This document shows, piece after piece, positions 25,216 to 39,619 of a stretch of DNA of 64,000 nt. The number at the start of each line of letters is the position of its first letter. The first letter of the stretch is position 1. Position numbers and translations under genes: made by a program. The notes under the pieces were generated by a model, which did no database searches, had not been told where the DNA came from, and saw nothing but the letters and a program-made list of their open reading frames with translations. Origin of the DNA: Octopus vulgaris (taxonomy: Eukaryota); assembly GCA_951406725.2 (NCBI GenBank), contig OX597816.1, positions 170,004,001 to 170,068,000 on the forward strand, given 5' to 3'.

Positions 25216-26427
25216 ATCCGGAAAAAAATACTATGAAAATGACCGTACCAAAAGTGTCAAATTTTCTTTTCAGCATGATGGCATAACACACCAGCTGCTT
25301 TAAAACCATTGCTTAGTATATGCATATTTTGCGAATATTTATTGGATCCCTACTTTTTCATCTTCGCACGCATTTCCCTGCTATGCTGATGCTGATGATG
25401 GTCAGTTAGTGTGCAGCAGCACTAATGACAACAGTACGGAACAACTCGCTAAATTTTCCTATATTTGACCTTTAAAACTTTGCTTCGATCCATACATATA
25501 GTAAATCGAAAATAGCGTAGATATACATTAAATAGATTTGACAAGCTTTGTATTCTCTATTTTCTTAAATATCGACACAAATGTCAAAAAAGAAAACAAA
25601 GCCATGATAAATCCTGTTAAGCTGATATATAATGAAATGTTTAAGGCAAATTATGATCAATAATTCGAACCAGTACTTTCTGCTGGTATTTAATTTCATT
25701 GAGTCTTAAAGCAGGGAATATTAAACTGATCGCGGTACAGAACGTAAAGGTGTATATAATTCCAAACAGCTTAGTACAAAATCTCGGATAAGCGCTTATA
25801 GTGCGTAGTATATAAGGTCAGTACCTATGGTTCTTACCGTATCATGGTTACATTGACGAATCCAGTAATTAGCACATAACAACCGACAAGAGACCTTAAA
25901 CTTATTAAAAATTTGCTTCAATGTATATAAGTTTCATAAGGCATGTAGTCAGAGAAGCTAAGTGTGTATCACACTTAGATGTAGATATTGATAATTCATA
26001 ATATAAAATAATTCCTGTATGTTTTAAAATTAAATTTTGGTTTATTTGTAGTTTTTTTTTTAAAATTGCTTTAAAAATCCCATTAATACGTAATCACGTC
26101 CTAAGATCAAGCGCAACGGTATTCACTTTTACCTGAATCTGTTTGACAATCAAGCTGCTTTTGATAAAATACTCAACACATTATCCGAATGAAAGCAATA
26201 AGAAAGTCTTTTCATATAAAGTGCGTAGTATATCGAAAGTTAATTAGAAATAAATGAATAAAAGACAAACTCAGTCTAATTTCTAACTAGGTCTATTTCC
26301 CCACGCTCTCAAATGTACAATATTGTCCATTTAGTAATTTATTGTCAAGTGTACTTCGACAAATGCAATAAATGTTATGCTCTGCTGATGAGGTCAACCT
26401 ATTACCAAGTTATATTCAGTTATGTCT

Positions 26428-26766
26428 GGCGCATGGCTCAGTGGTTAGAGCGTCGAGCTTACGATCGTGAGGTTGTGAGCTCGAATCCCGGACCGGGCTG
26501 TGTGTTGTGTTCTTGAGCAAGGCACTTTATTTCACGTTGCTCCAGTTCACTCAGCTGTAGAAATGAGTTGCGACGTCACTGGTGCCAAGCTGTATCGACC
26601 TTTGTCTTTCCCTTGGATAACACTGGTGTCGTGGAGAGGAGGCCGGTATGCATGGGCGACTGCTGGTCTTCCATAAACAACCTTGCCCAGACTTGTGTCT
26701 AGGAGGTTAACTTTCTAGGTGCAATCCCATGGTCATTCATGACCGAAGGGGGTCTTTACCCTTTAC
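26428..26766 (+). mobile_element. tRNA(Arg)-like SINE, family D
   Basis: ggcgcatggctcagtggttagagcgtcgagcttACGatcgtgaggttgtgagctcgaatccc head; central cttgagcaaggcactttatttcacgttgctccag block; (tttaccc) tail. Confidence 0.85.
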
Positions 26767-28256
26767 AGGTATAAAAAGTATTTTATAAGTTATTGTTTAA
26801 TATCATTTCAATCTCTGCGTATTTTGTTATTTTTAGTAGCTTTGTAATACTTCTGCAATCTTACCTATTATTCCTAATTAAGATTTATGTAGGTACATTT
26901 TCGTATGATATCAGCTAAATTATCATATAGGTTAGGAATAGGATTAGAATATATTTGCAATATTTAGTTACTTTATGATATATGTTCATATTTTAGCGAC
27001 TCACAAGATGCTGAATTGGTAACATCGTTAGCTTCTCTGACTACATGCCTTATGAAACTTATATACATTGAAACAAATTTTTAATAAGTTTAAGGTCTCT
27101 TGTCGGTTGTTATGTGCTAATTACTGGATTCGTCAATGTAACCATGATACGTAAGAACCATAGGTACTGACCTTATATACTACGCACTATAAGCGCTTAT
27201 CCAAGATTTGTACTAAGCTGTTTGGAATTTACGCAAAAGCAGCTCTAAGCTCGATTTCACTTCACAATCTGCATACACATATTTAGCCGCCCAAGAATTT
27301 GGACCTGGAGATTTCCATTTTCAGCGACTTCGAAAACCACTTCCCAGTGGTGTCGGGCGTCAACGAAGAGCCCTCGACAACAACAAGACGACCCAATTTT
27401 TTTTTTACCAAGGTCTGTAGTCTCCGCCCCTAAGCCCTAGACCACCTAATCAGCCTTATCCGTCTTGTTACTAAACAACAACAACAACAACTACACATAT
27501 ATATGAACTCATATATGTGTTTGCGTGTGTGTGTGTTTGTGTGTGCGTGTATGTGTATATGTGTGTATTTATAATTCCTTATAAGAAGAATTACCTAAAA
27601 CTTGTACAACTAAAGTCCGTTAATTTAGAAATAAACAACTGCTTCTCTCTATTCGGTACCTCGTCAAAGTCGGTTACCGTGGTAACCATTTATCAATATC
27701 TATAAATCTGAAATGCGAAAAGTTTATTTGTCTGGTTTTGGCATTGGAACGGGTTAAAGGCCACTAGATCCCGTTGGATTGACTCCAAAATTTACAGGGA
27801 CATGTAAAATGAGGTGAGGACGTAAGGTGAGGGTGTAAACTTAGAAATCCCTATCTTAAAAGGTGTGGTTACTAGGGCAAACAACGCACACTTTGACAAG
27901 TCTGCTCCCATTCTCTTATCTGTCTGTCTTCCTCCGTCTCTCTCTGTTTCCTCCCTTCCCATCACTTTCTCTCTATAACGACGTTTGACAGCGCCTACTA
28001 TATTTCCCCCGCCACATACGACAGCGCTGTCACACACACACACACACACACACACACTCTCTCTCTCTCTACGTCTGTCTGCATTCATAGAGAGAATTAT
28101 CATCGCCACAAACACAACACAATCATGAGAACAAATATTATGAATCAGATATTTATTGGGTAAATTTATATATGTGTGTGTGTGTGTGTTCTATATATAA
28201 ATATGTATATATAATGTATATATAAAAAGTGTATATATCTGTATTCATATATACGC

Positions 28257-28287
<31 letters not shown>

Positions 28288-30412
28288 GTATACATTTATA
28301 TATATATAATGCGTATATATGTACATATATATATTTAATGCGTATATATATATATATAATGTGTGCATTATGTGGTCGGTTGAGCTGAAAATATGCACAC
28401 CTATATTAAAAGTGATGGCGAGTTTGCATGGCAATTATTTTTTTCCTCAAATGAATGGCGTGACCTCTAGGATAAAATTCCTCATCTTATAAAATGTAGC
28501 CCGAGTAGACCCGAATGAAATCAGGTTATATTAACCAAAATGTTAAAAGGGGTCTAAATGGGACTGGAAGCGGGTTAAAATTTACAGGAGCGGGTGTTTA
28601 GGAATTGTCTTTTACATCAAGTTCAAAATTTTACGCCAGCCGTTAAACTGCCACTACGTTGCTGTCCGTCGTTAAGAAATGCCAGCCATGGTGACTCTAC
28701 TATCCTCAGATTCTATCCATTCAAACTTTGGTTTCCAATATTTTTTTTTTATTCAACTCGCAAGTTCGTCTGTCCCTTTTAAATGTTAGTGTTTTGCTGT
28801 CTGCCTTGAAGAAGACCTTTCCGTTGTCACTGCCTGATATTTATGATTGATCTTTCAAAATATTTCTTTCTCAACTTAATCAAGATCTTTTGTTGTTTAT
28901 AAATGGGAGAGAGAGAGAGATAGAGAAAGATAGAGAGTAAGAGAAAGCAAGGGAGAGTCCGAGAGAAAGGAAGAGTAAGACAGTAAGAAAGTGAGAGAGA
29001 AAGGAGAGAGAAACAAATAGGGAGAATGTGGTGATAAAAAACAGAAATGAAGCAACAGAAAGTAACAACCACACTCTTACCAGCGCGTAGAGCGGGTCAC
29101 CTTAAGCTAGAATATATATATATATATATGTATATGTGTATGTGTGTATGTGTGTCCGCGCGCGCATGTGAGTATGTATCTATGTATGTATATGTGTGTA
29201 TGTATTTGTGCGAGTGTGCGTTAGTGTGTGTGTTGTGAATGCATACACACACATATATATTTGAACACAATTTACGTTTTTGCTCCCGTTTTAAGTTTTA
29301 TTATTTTTATGTTCATAAGTTTTTTACATTTCCGACTGGGAAAATACATTAAAACAGACAAGTAGAACAAATTGATATAAATTGCTGTTTATAAAGAAAA
29401 AGGTGTGCTGAGTTACGTGAGAATTTGCAATGTCGGAATGACAGTTTTATAGTAATTCGGTATCTCATTGTGTTGCAACACCTGATTAATATTGGGTCGA
29501 GCTCACCTTTCATCTATTCAGAAAAAAAGTCAATATATACTTCACTTTAGTATTTGGTTTGCAAGATTCATGATATGAATTTGTGTATAGAAACAAATCT
29601 TGTGGTATCCTGGGAGGTTCAGGACGCCAACAATATTAACACACGCACTCGTTGAATATCATCTTATTGTTTGTCAATTGGTTACATATCTAACCAACTA
29701 ACTATTAAATCGTTTGTTTAATGTACTGTTTAAACAATCAGTCAGCTTAAACAACCGATACAATTAGATGGTTAGATATTTTTGACTAACAATAAAGAAG
29801 TGCTATTGAACCAATGCGTGTGTTGTTATTATTTGGCGTAATTGCCCGCCCAAGGCACAATAAGATTTGTTTCAACGGATGAATTTAAGTGTATTGAAAG
29901 CTAAATACACAACCGTAGTAAAATTAGCTCTAGTGTAGCTAGTAGGACGCTGGAAAATACTGTCTAAAAATCAGAGTAACCACCCGACACCTTTACTTCA
30001 TTAAATAATGCGTCGTATTCCGGTTTGTACACTAAATCCATCAATTCGGCTGTTGGACCGCTTTGACTTGCGGAATAGCAGGCAGGAAAATTAAAACGCA
30101 TGACATTGTCAAACATTAAAAAGAAAATACACGCGGGAATCAGCCAATAACAAAAAATGAACTGAGAAATACCATTACATCATATGAGAAATCAAAACTC
30201 ATGGACGTCATCCAACATGAGTACCGACACATAAGCGATGCCCGCAAGACACTTCAGCAACAAACTAAAGCGGATTAGACAACACCAACGATTAAAACAT
30301 GATAAAAACCAAGGCAGATTACTCAAACAACATTGATGGGATTGTTATGTCGGATTGTAAGCCACCACACAACTGTGACACCGATACACATTAAACAGAT
30401 TATATATACGGC

Positions 30413-30975
30413 ACTCCATCGGTTTCGACGACGAGATTTCCAGTTGATCTGATCAACAGAACAGCCTACTCGTCAAATGAATGTGCACGGGGTTGAGCCC
30501 TCCACAAACACGTGTACCCTTAACGTAGTTCCCAAAGAGATTCAGCGTGACACAGTATGTGATACGGTTGGCCCTTTGAAATACAGGTATTACTTATCTT
30601 TGGCGGCCAGCCGGCAGAAACGTTAGCACGCCGGGCGAAATGCTTAGCAGTATTTCGTCTGCCGCTACGTTCTGTGTTCAAATTCTGCCGAGGTCGACTT
30701 AGCCTTTCATCTTTTCGGGGTCGATTAAATAAGTACCAGTTACGCACTGCGGTCGATATAATCGACTCAATCCGTTTGTCTGCCCTTGTTTGTCCCCTCT
30801 GTGTTTAGCCCCTTGTGGGTAGTAAAGAAATAGGTATTACTCATCTTTGCCAGCTTAGTGGACTGGAGCAAAGTGAAATAAAGTGTCTTGCTCAAGGACA
30901 CAACGCGCAGCTGGAAACTGTCCCCTCGTCCTTACGATCGTGAACAGAATACACTAACCACTAGACCACACGCCT
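30413..30975 (-). mobile_element. SINE with family-D-type head and family-B-type tail, interrupted by a family C SINE
   Basis: Head (30850-30975) matches 26428-26550; tail (30413-30590) matches 21205-21390. Confidence 0.75.
30602..30831 (+). mobile_element. SINE family C with 18-bp TSD
   Basis: TSD aggtattact(t/c)atctttg at 30585-30602 and 30832-30849; homologous to 39387-39609 and 49631-49857. Confidence 0.9.
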
Positions 30976-31139
30976 CTGGAGTATACAACGTGTTACAGCT
31001 GAATACGGATGAAAAGTGTGTCACGGGAGTACCGCCGAAGTATGTTACATATAAGAAAGTCAGTGGAACTGATTGTCAATCAGAGATTGGAAAAAGAAAA
31101 AAAATCGTCGAAATAAGACGTAAATGAAATCATTACAGC

Positions 31140-31476
31140 ACCAACAACAACATGAACATACAGAACCAACACAAGCACAATAACTACAACAGTAGCAGCA
31201 GCATCGACAGCAACAACAGAAGCAACAATAGCAACAATGATAATAATAACAACTATAAAAGCAACAACAACGACAGGAACAATAACCACAACGTCGAGCT
31301 CTACCATCAGCAACACCATCAGGAATACGGATATCCAAAACCACCGCCACCACAACTACGACAACTACAACAACAACAACAGTATTAACAAAAGCAATAG
31401 CAACAACAGTAACCGTAATAACAACAACAGGAGTAACTACAGGAGCATCAGCAACCACAACAACAATAGTAACAAC
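31140..31476. repeat. Cryptic (CAA/CAG/TAA)n low-complexity tract
   Basis: Degenerate trinucleotide repeats. Confidence 0.85.
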
Positions 31477-34400
31477 GGCTCTCTAGGCTGTCTCTTCTGT
31501 AACCTCAATGAAACGTCTGATGATATGACACTGATTTACCCCACGAATTTATCATTCAACAGAAAAGTATGCATCTTGTCACACACGGACGGTGAGACAG
31601 GTGAAATATTCTTTAGTTAGAGGTAAACTTAAATGCGTGTTAGACATATACAATAAAATTACTAGGAAGCATTGTGGGTGGAGGTCCACCAACTCTGTAC
31701 AACGATCGCTAAAATTCTACCAAAATTAGAAAGTGTTACGAACAATGCAATAGTGTGCCTCGCTACAGACTAACCTGGCAGAATGTCGGTAGAGAGCCTG
31801 AAAAATTATGTCCAGACCATGCAGCAATACATCAACAATACGAGAGAGCTTGAATCACAAGAATATGAAAAAGTAGAGAAACTTTTCAACACACACATGG
31901 GAATGTAGTGCAACATACTCCGCGCAAAATTTCCGAATTTCTAACAACGATGTCCCTATACTCTATGGGTTACTGAAGGACCATAAACCCTTTAGAGACC
32001 CTGTTACGGTGCTGGTCAGTTTGCGGGGCTAATATTTCCAGCAACTATAGGCTGTGCTATTTCCTGTCGCACCTGCGACCGCTCATTTATATGTCCCCGG
32101 ATGTCCGTGTGAGCACTGAAGACGTTATCAGTAGAGTGAATGCCTGTAACCGCTCTAGGTGAACATTCTAAAGCTGTAAGACTCTACAATAGGTATGTGG
32201 AGAATAACAATATTCTAGTTTGAACAATCCCATGTGTCGTACTGAAGAAACCGAGAGGAGTACGATGGAGTTCATGCAGTGCATAACACCAACCACCAGA
32301 GTTTCAAGGTAATGATAGACTACTCCACTAAGCAACCTAATAATAAACCCTGTATTTGATACCGAACTTTGGTTAGTGACCAGAAACAACAAAGTTCAAC
32401 TCCTCTACTTCTATTATATGAAACCTATGACTTACAAATATGTTATTCAGAATGTAAAGATAGACATACTTATAGTGGATTTGGTTAGGATTATGAACAA
32501 CGTGCTACCCAACCCACCTCGTGCAAACCCTATGAAACAGACAGACATGCACAGGACTTTATGCGCTGCGCGTATTTCTCTGGCTAAATCAGAGAGATAG
32601 CGTCGGAATTTCCAGCGCGAGTAGGAAAACGTTAGATAACATCATAAGGACGTCAGTGGAACCCACCCGAATTACTGGAGCAAGCGATGCAGCAGAATGC
32701 AGGGAACTGGTGACAAAGCAAACAAAATAAACACGTGGCACTAGACATATAATTTCAAGGGGTGATGTTTGTAGCAGCTACACAAACATGCAGAGATAGC
32801 CCGTACGTGTAGAAAGGAGATGAAGAATACCAAACTCAACACTAAGATCGTAGAGAAACCAGGGTGGCCCATCAGATCACAGTTATGTAAGACATAGCCC
32901 TTCGACAAGACCACATGTACTGATAGGGGCTGCGTTATATGCCCCATTATCTACAGTATTATCTGTATGACCAAGAATGTGGTCTGCAGCGTAAAATGCA
33001 TGGGTGGATGTAAGAACTGGAATATAATGTACATAGAGGAGATTTGTAAGAGTTTGGTGGAGAGACAAAATGGACATTGGTAAGTGTGTAACAGCAGAAA
33101 ACATATATACTCTGTCAGCATGCCAGACTTCAACATGACGGCATGCTGAAGCGAAATAACATCGACATCTTGTCTAAAAACCCGAGAGGCCCGTCGCTTC
33201 GGCACACACACGAGTTTCCTCTCATACCCAAGACATTACCGATACTGGATAGAAAATATATATAGTAGGTAGTAGTAACTACAACGTCAGTACTACCACC
33301 CACGAAATATGCTTACATGGGTGCGTCCGAATGCGTGGGTGGGCATGTATGTGGTGGTGTAGGCACGTATGTAAGACCACACACATAACCAAGCACCTAG
33401 TCAACCGCACAAACCCTCACACTAGACTACATACACGCGCCCCATGCACGTGCTCAGATGCTCACACACACACACCTAACCTTTTCTCTGCCTCTCATCA
33501 CCACATAATGATCTACACCCGTAAATCTTTACTGGATGACAAACAAATCACTGTAGATGTGAGACCAAACTAATCTGAAACAAAAAGGCCGAGCCCTTAA
33601 AAAGTTCACGGACAGCTAATGCACACACACTCATATTCACACATATAAGCATTCATCCAGGTGTACACACACAACTACTAACGCGCGCGCGAGCACACAC
33701 ATACATACTCTTCGTCTGTGTTTACCCTTATCATCTTTTGTAAGCAAAGACACATCTACATACACATATAGTCATACACACACACACAGATATGAATAGT
33801 TCTCAGAGAAACTCAGGGCAGACATTGAAGAGAGAGGGCATGTCATTGAAGAGGTTAACCAGCAAATTAAATAAATATTTGATTAGTTAGTTGGTTAGAT
33901 ATAAAAACAAATTGACTATCAATAAAAAAAAAAAGTGATTTTCAACAAGTGCGTGGGTAATTATTATTGGAGTAATGACCCTCCTTAGACACAATAAACA
34001 CAATTTTACTGCAAAATGTTTTGTCAAATATCATCTCTGTGTTTTGCTAATGTAGCACTTGTAGTTGAAGAACCCAATGACTAATTAATTATAAATATTA
34101 GACAAAACTTACAAAGAAAATAATGAAGTTTTCAAATGCATCGTTTGAAAGCAAATCATTTAACCTCTGGCATAAATATTGAGCAGCTGAATAAAATTCA
34201 AGAAAGCTTTGTGTAAGGGGATAATTCTATTATGTTCATAGCCATGTTGAAAAATATCTAGCCGCAAGTAAGTGCGTCTTCAGAAATTTATATTTCCAAT
34301 TGTGTATATTAATTATACTTGTTAAATTGAAGTGGTAAGAAGTGAAATCTAATTTAAAGTTGATAACAGTTGACTATACAATGTGCTTACAATAATTATT

Positions 34401-36499
34401 CACACTTTTGAAAAAATAAATAGTGATTTTTCAGTCAGTCCTGAATTGCCAACTGAATTTCTACATGTGTAAGGTTTAAAACAGTTGAGTATTCCATAGA
34501 TGTATGTGCCCATGATGCAGTTATTGTCAGGCAGAATCAGTGTTACAAAACACGACACGGCAGGAGATTTAGATTGTAAGTACTACTCTGGAAAGAGAGA
34601 GAGAGAGAGATAGAGATAGAGAGATAAGGAAAGAAGGTGAGAGACAAGGAAACAAAAAGAGAAAGGGAAGAGAGAGAGAGAGACAGACGGAAAGAGAGTT
34701 AATGGGAAGAACCTACCCTGATAAATTATTTATTTAATCCTGAAGAGGACAACTTTTGGTGTTTGGGCAACATAATGCTAAAGCTCGAATATTATAATAC
34801 ATTTCCATAGAATAGAATGCATTAAAATTCTATGAACTGCCCTTTGTTACTGAAGGTCGCAATGTGAGGATACAAAGACGCGAAAGTAATTACGAGCACT
34901 ACATATACCCCACAACTTACCAATTTCTCTGAGATTCCATATTGAATACTCTGGAGTTTACGCCAAATGTAGAGTTTAACTCCACTTTTACATCCCACAG
35001 ATAAAACACGTACGCACCCCCACACAAAAATATATGTGTAATTTAATTCAACTCCTGTTTTCAATTCACAGACCATTTGATATTTTGTCCTCTTGTAAAC
35101 TGTTTAAAGTTATTCAAAGGAAATATATATTATCTCTTCGCAAATAACACTACCCTTATGCTATTCATTGCCTTTTCGCAATAACTAGCAGTCTAACTGA
35201 AAATCCAGCATGCTTGCTGCTAAATTTACTTCGATTTCTACACTGGTCATGGCCAAAGTATTTCCTTCAAAGCACTGTCTTATCTTCAAAAGCCTATCTT
35301 GAGAGGCACTCCATTTTGTTTTAGCAAATATGCCTTTATTTATCAAAAATAATTGAATGATAAATAAAGTTTCCTCTTCATATTTCTTCCTGTTATGTGT
35401 AGACACCTTACAGTGTAATGTGACTACTACATATATCAAGCAATGCTACAGATATGCAGTCCATCGTGTTAGATTACATTTAGAAGAATCTCACATAAAA
35501 GAGACTCATCACTTTGTTTTACAGACGAATTATTTCTTTCTTCTGCTTTTAATACTATACTAGCTAATAACATAGACTTACACTTATGCATTTAATTTTT
35601 CTCATAGCTGGTACTATCTTACATTTTCCAGATGCGAATCTAAACACTTTACCTGTGATTTCTTCCCTCAAAATCTCTTGATTTCCCCAAATTCCTGTGT
35701 CCACGTTTACCTACATATACAAGAATATAACATAAACGACAGTGGTATAGACTGAAGAGATTTCACCAGCCTATGCTCGTCCCTCCTCATACAAACTTTA
35801 CACTATAAAAAGCAAACAATCAAAAGAACATTGTTATATTGAAATCTTTACTACACCTCCTTAGTTTAATCAATCGAATTTAAACAGCGTTTAAGAAGAT
35901 GATCAAGTTATAAACACTTACTACTAAATGAATCATGAAAGACATTTTTCTATAACCTCAACCAAATGAAAGTTATTACCCTCATGACTACAACAAGGTT
36001 CACTTATCTATATTCATAAAACAATTCTGAACGCGCGTTTTACATTATCAGTTAATGCTTATAACTAGTTACAATTAGAGTATTGGGAGTTAATGCAAAA
36101 AAATTGTGTCAGTAACAAGGCAAGAACCGGTGATTTTCTGACTGTCTATCACCGTCTCTGAAATGCTGGCTTTTTGTAGATCTAGATATTGTACAGAATT
36201 AGAAAGCAACCAAATCAAATTTTCCTCATCATTTCAGTTGCCCCTTAAAGATAGGCTTTGCATTGCTATTTTATGGTTACATTTTGTATTTTGTATTGTA
36301 TTGCTACCTTCTAGTGAAATATTTTTGCTACAAATGTTATGAATTTTAAGAGACGCATTTTTAATTACTTGTTATTTCAGTTATACTCAATTACGTATAT
36401 CTTGCTTTTAATCTTGACTCTCTTCCCTTCCCAACAATATTGGTATACAAAATTGGTACCCACAGAGACCTTATGAAAACGGTAACAACCAAACTATGA

Positions 36500-37057
36500 T
36501 GAGTACTTTTCTCATATGAGTACGAGAAACTGGGTCACTCTGCCACAGAAGCTCTACAGAATATCATGCGGGCCTTTGGTAATGGTATTCTGTATTCTTG
36601 ACATCAAAATTGTTCAGATATGGTCCTAAAGCTCTCATTCAGGGGATGATAGCCTTGAAAATAAACCAAGGGGTAGGCTAAAATCAGTTATTCAACATGA
36701 TGGATTAAATGCTTTGGTTGAACAAAATACGAGAACAAAAGTTGCAAAGCCTGAATTATGAGATTTTCCAGCATCCTCCCTATTCTCTTGATATCTCTCC
36801 TACTGAACATCACTTATCTAAGTATTTTGAGCTTTTTATAAGCAATAAAACATTCTTAAATAGAGAAGAGGTAATTGAAGCATTCGGAGAGTTTATCACA
36901 GCAGAAGATGGACTTTTTTATGGTTAGAATATGTGACATATGGGTAAACGTCATAAATGAACATGGATCATACTTAGCTTAAATAATCAGATCTCTAACA
37001 CTTCTGAAACATTTTACTGTTAGCTTTCAAATACATTTCATGTGAAACAACCTAATA
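36500..37057 (+). mobile_element. Internally deleted mariner remnant
   Basis: YEYEKLGHSATEALQNIMRAFGNG, GDDSLENKPRGR, QKLQSLNYEIFQHPPYSLDISPTEHHL; 3' TIR-like acaacctaata. Confidence 0.8.
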
Positions 37058-37097
37058 TTACAGCTTAGAAACCTTTATAAAGAATCAGATTTGCAAA

Positions 37098-37293
37098 TAC
37101 TCTTTGACTCTTATACTCTTTTACTTGTTTCAGTCATTTGACTGTGGTCATGCTGGAGCACCGCCTTTAGTCGAGCAACTCTACCCCGGGACTTATTCTA
37201 TCGGTCTCTTTTGCCGAACCGCTAAGTGCCGGGGATATAAACACACCAGCATCGGTTGTCAAGCAATGCTAGGGGGACAAACACAGACACACA

Positions 37294-37340
<47 letters not shown>

Positions 37341-37528
37341 ATATATATATATACATACATATATACGACGGGCTTCTTTCAGTTTCCGTCTACCAAATCC
37401 ACTCACAAGGCTTTAGTCGGCCCGAGGATATAGTAGAAGACACTTGCCCTAGGTGCCACGCAGTGGGACTGAACCCGGAACCATGTGGTTGGTAAGCAAG
37501 CTACTTACCACACAGCCACTCCTGCGCC
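37098..37528 (-). mobile_element. SINE family A
   Basis: Homologous to the other copies, with a ~25-bp internal deletion. Confidence 0.92.
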
Positions 37529-39386
37529 TATGGTGAACTTCCATCGAAAACATATTCAAGGTTTCGATTCAGTAGGTATATAATTTTTTTGTACTGTGCT
37601 TCCTACAATCACAAAAAAGCCAACAACCAAATACTATCTTTCATGTGAGGAAATAAGCTGTTACTTTATAAGTACGCTTTAGCTCTTTTATATTTTCATA
37701 AAAGATTCACTGCTTTAAGTTGACAGATGGAAAGTAGTAATTCACATTATTTCCTAGAACAATGAGACTGAGACCATAAATGTTCAATTTGAAGATCGGT
37801 AGGAAAATCTTGAATGACGGCTTTTATGGTCAGCTTCAGATTCACGATACATAGTGAAGGGATTGATAGCCTGAGTAACATGTTAGAGTAACATGTTGTT
37901 GCGTTCATTTCTTATATATCAGTTATACCTGGAACTCTGTCCAAGGTCAATAAAGTAAGTAACTGACAAATATTTTATCATCTTCCACTCAACAAGTTTG
38001 TGAGCTTGTGCCTTAGCACGATACTGTCAAGAAAAATATCGTTAGGCTGCGGTTTAACACGACTGTCTCTTTAATTGAAGATATTTTTCAATTTCTGACT
38101 TGACAAGATTTTTGCTTCTGATCTGTTTTCTCAAAGGAATATGAACAGTAAACCATGACAGTTACAAGGTACCTTTGGTAGTTTATAGAAGTTTATTTCC
38201 CTTTGCTTATCTCATCAAAAGGACTTGACTGAGCATACTTCTTAATTCTCTCCTTCCTTACACTAGGCAATATATCTTGCTGTGTAATACTTTTCCATAC
38301 AGATGATGTTTAAATTTACCATTTGGTTTGAGAATAATGATACGATGTTCGAATGAAAAATATGTAAATATTTATAAATTTGTTATTGCAGAAGATAACA
38401 GAATGTCTAATTTTATTCGCCCATTTAGCAGATTAAGTTTATAGATTGTTCTGGTAGCCCGAAAGAAATATATTACCCTTGCTATTAACTCAAATACAAA
38501 GGAATTTATCTAAGTGCAGTTGTGTGAATAATAGCACTGAAATTCTAAAACAAAATTGAATTTATATCCAAACCTTCTCTTCTATGTAATGGAAATAATT
38601 ATTAGAGCTCTCATTTAGTTTGAAATCGCGTTCAATACATCAAGTATAAATGCACATCAGGCACAGTTGAAGTAAATTAATTAAATATTGTATAAAATTT
38701 ATTATATTGTTCCTTAAGACGTGTGAGAGTATATAACTTCTCAACAAATTTATGGTTGAAGTAGCTTTTCATTTTGAACGCTAAATGCAATGTTTTTAAA
38801 AGTAACTTGTCTAGAAATTCACGGCAACATAAAGTGTATGGCGTGTTAAAAATTCCAATAGATTATATTATCTAAAACAAAATATCCAATATTTTGACAG
38901 TTTGGGATACTTTTTTAAAATTAATTTTTATATATTATGTAACAAAATATAATTTTCAAGTGAATTATTAAATAATTCAGTGAAGACCGTAGTGTGGTAT
39001 TACAAAATCAGCAAATGATTGCCAAAAGTGTTAATTTGTGTGGCATACACAGAAGAGAATGAGCTGAGAGTATCACCATTTTGTAGGATCTCTAAGGGAA
39101 CTAAGGAAAAGGAGGCCGGAACATTAGTTTGCATACTTCTGATATATATTCTACTAAAGGTCCCAAAAATGTAGGTTGTGTTATACCGAGGGACAAATTA
39201 AATTTACAACACAGGAATAGCTACAGTCCATTTAGGTGTCTTCCGAAACAATTCTTCCCACCATATTTTACTCGGAATACTCCACTCGACCCGATGGTAT
39301 AGAGCATAGTGCTACTTTTCCGAAGTGTCATATGTAACATAGAAACTAGAATTACGCTATTGCAGCCTTTAAACCACGCATTTGTT

Positions 39387-39609
39387 TCTTATTTCTTTAT
39401 TGCCTACAAGGGGCTAAACATAGAGGGGACAATCAAGGACATTAAGTCGATTACATCGACCCCAGTGCGTAACTGGTACTTAATTTATCGACCCCGAAAG
39501 AATGAAAGGCAAAGTCGACCTCGGCGGAATTTGAACTAAGAACGTAACGGCAGACAAAATAGCGCTAAGCATTTCGCCCGGCGCGCTAACGTTTCTGCCA
39601 GCTCGCCGC
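39387..39609 (-). mobile_element. SINE family C
   Basis: Reverse complement of the 30602-30831 type; imperfect TSD gcat(t/c)tgtt(t/c)ct. Confidence 0.88.
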
Positions 39610-39619
39610 ATCTGTTCCT

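Larger units (their letters stand above)
29590..34000 (+). mobile_element. Decayed near-full-length Penelope-like element: inverted 5' pLTR piece, direct pLTRs, RT and GIY-YIG remnants
   Basis: ATD*PGRMSV..NY (~31760), LYGLLKDHKP (~31960), YIEEICKSLVERQNGH (~33030). 29590-29710 is inverted relative to 29765-29885, which recurs directly at ~33880-34000. Confidence 0.65.

Noticed and set aside
26428-26500. tRNA-Arg(ACG)-like sequence; similar heads at 21013 and 46560
   Set aside because: No proper acceptor stem, and it runs directly into a SINE body; a SINE head, not a tRNA gene.
27745-28580. Two GGGTTAA ends suggestive of piggyBac termini
   Set aside because: Both lie in the same orientation, no matching left TIR was found and there is no transposase trace.
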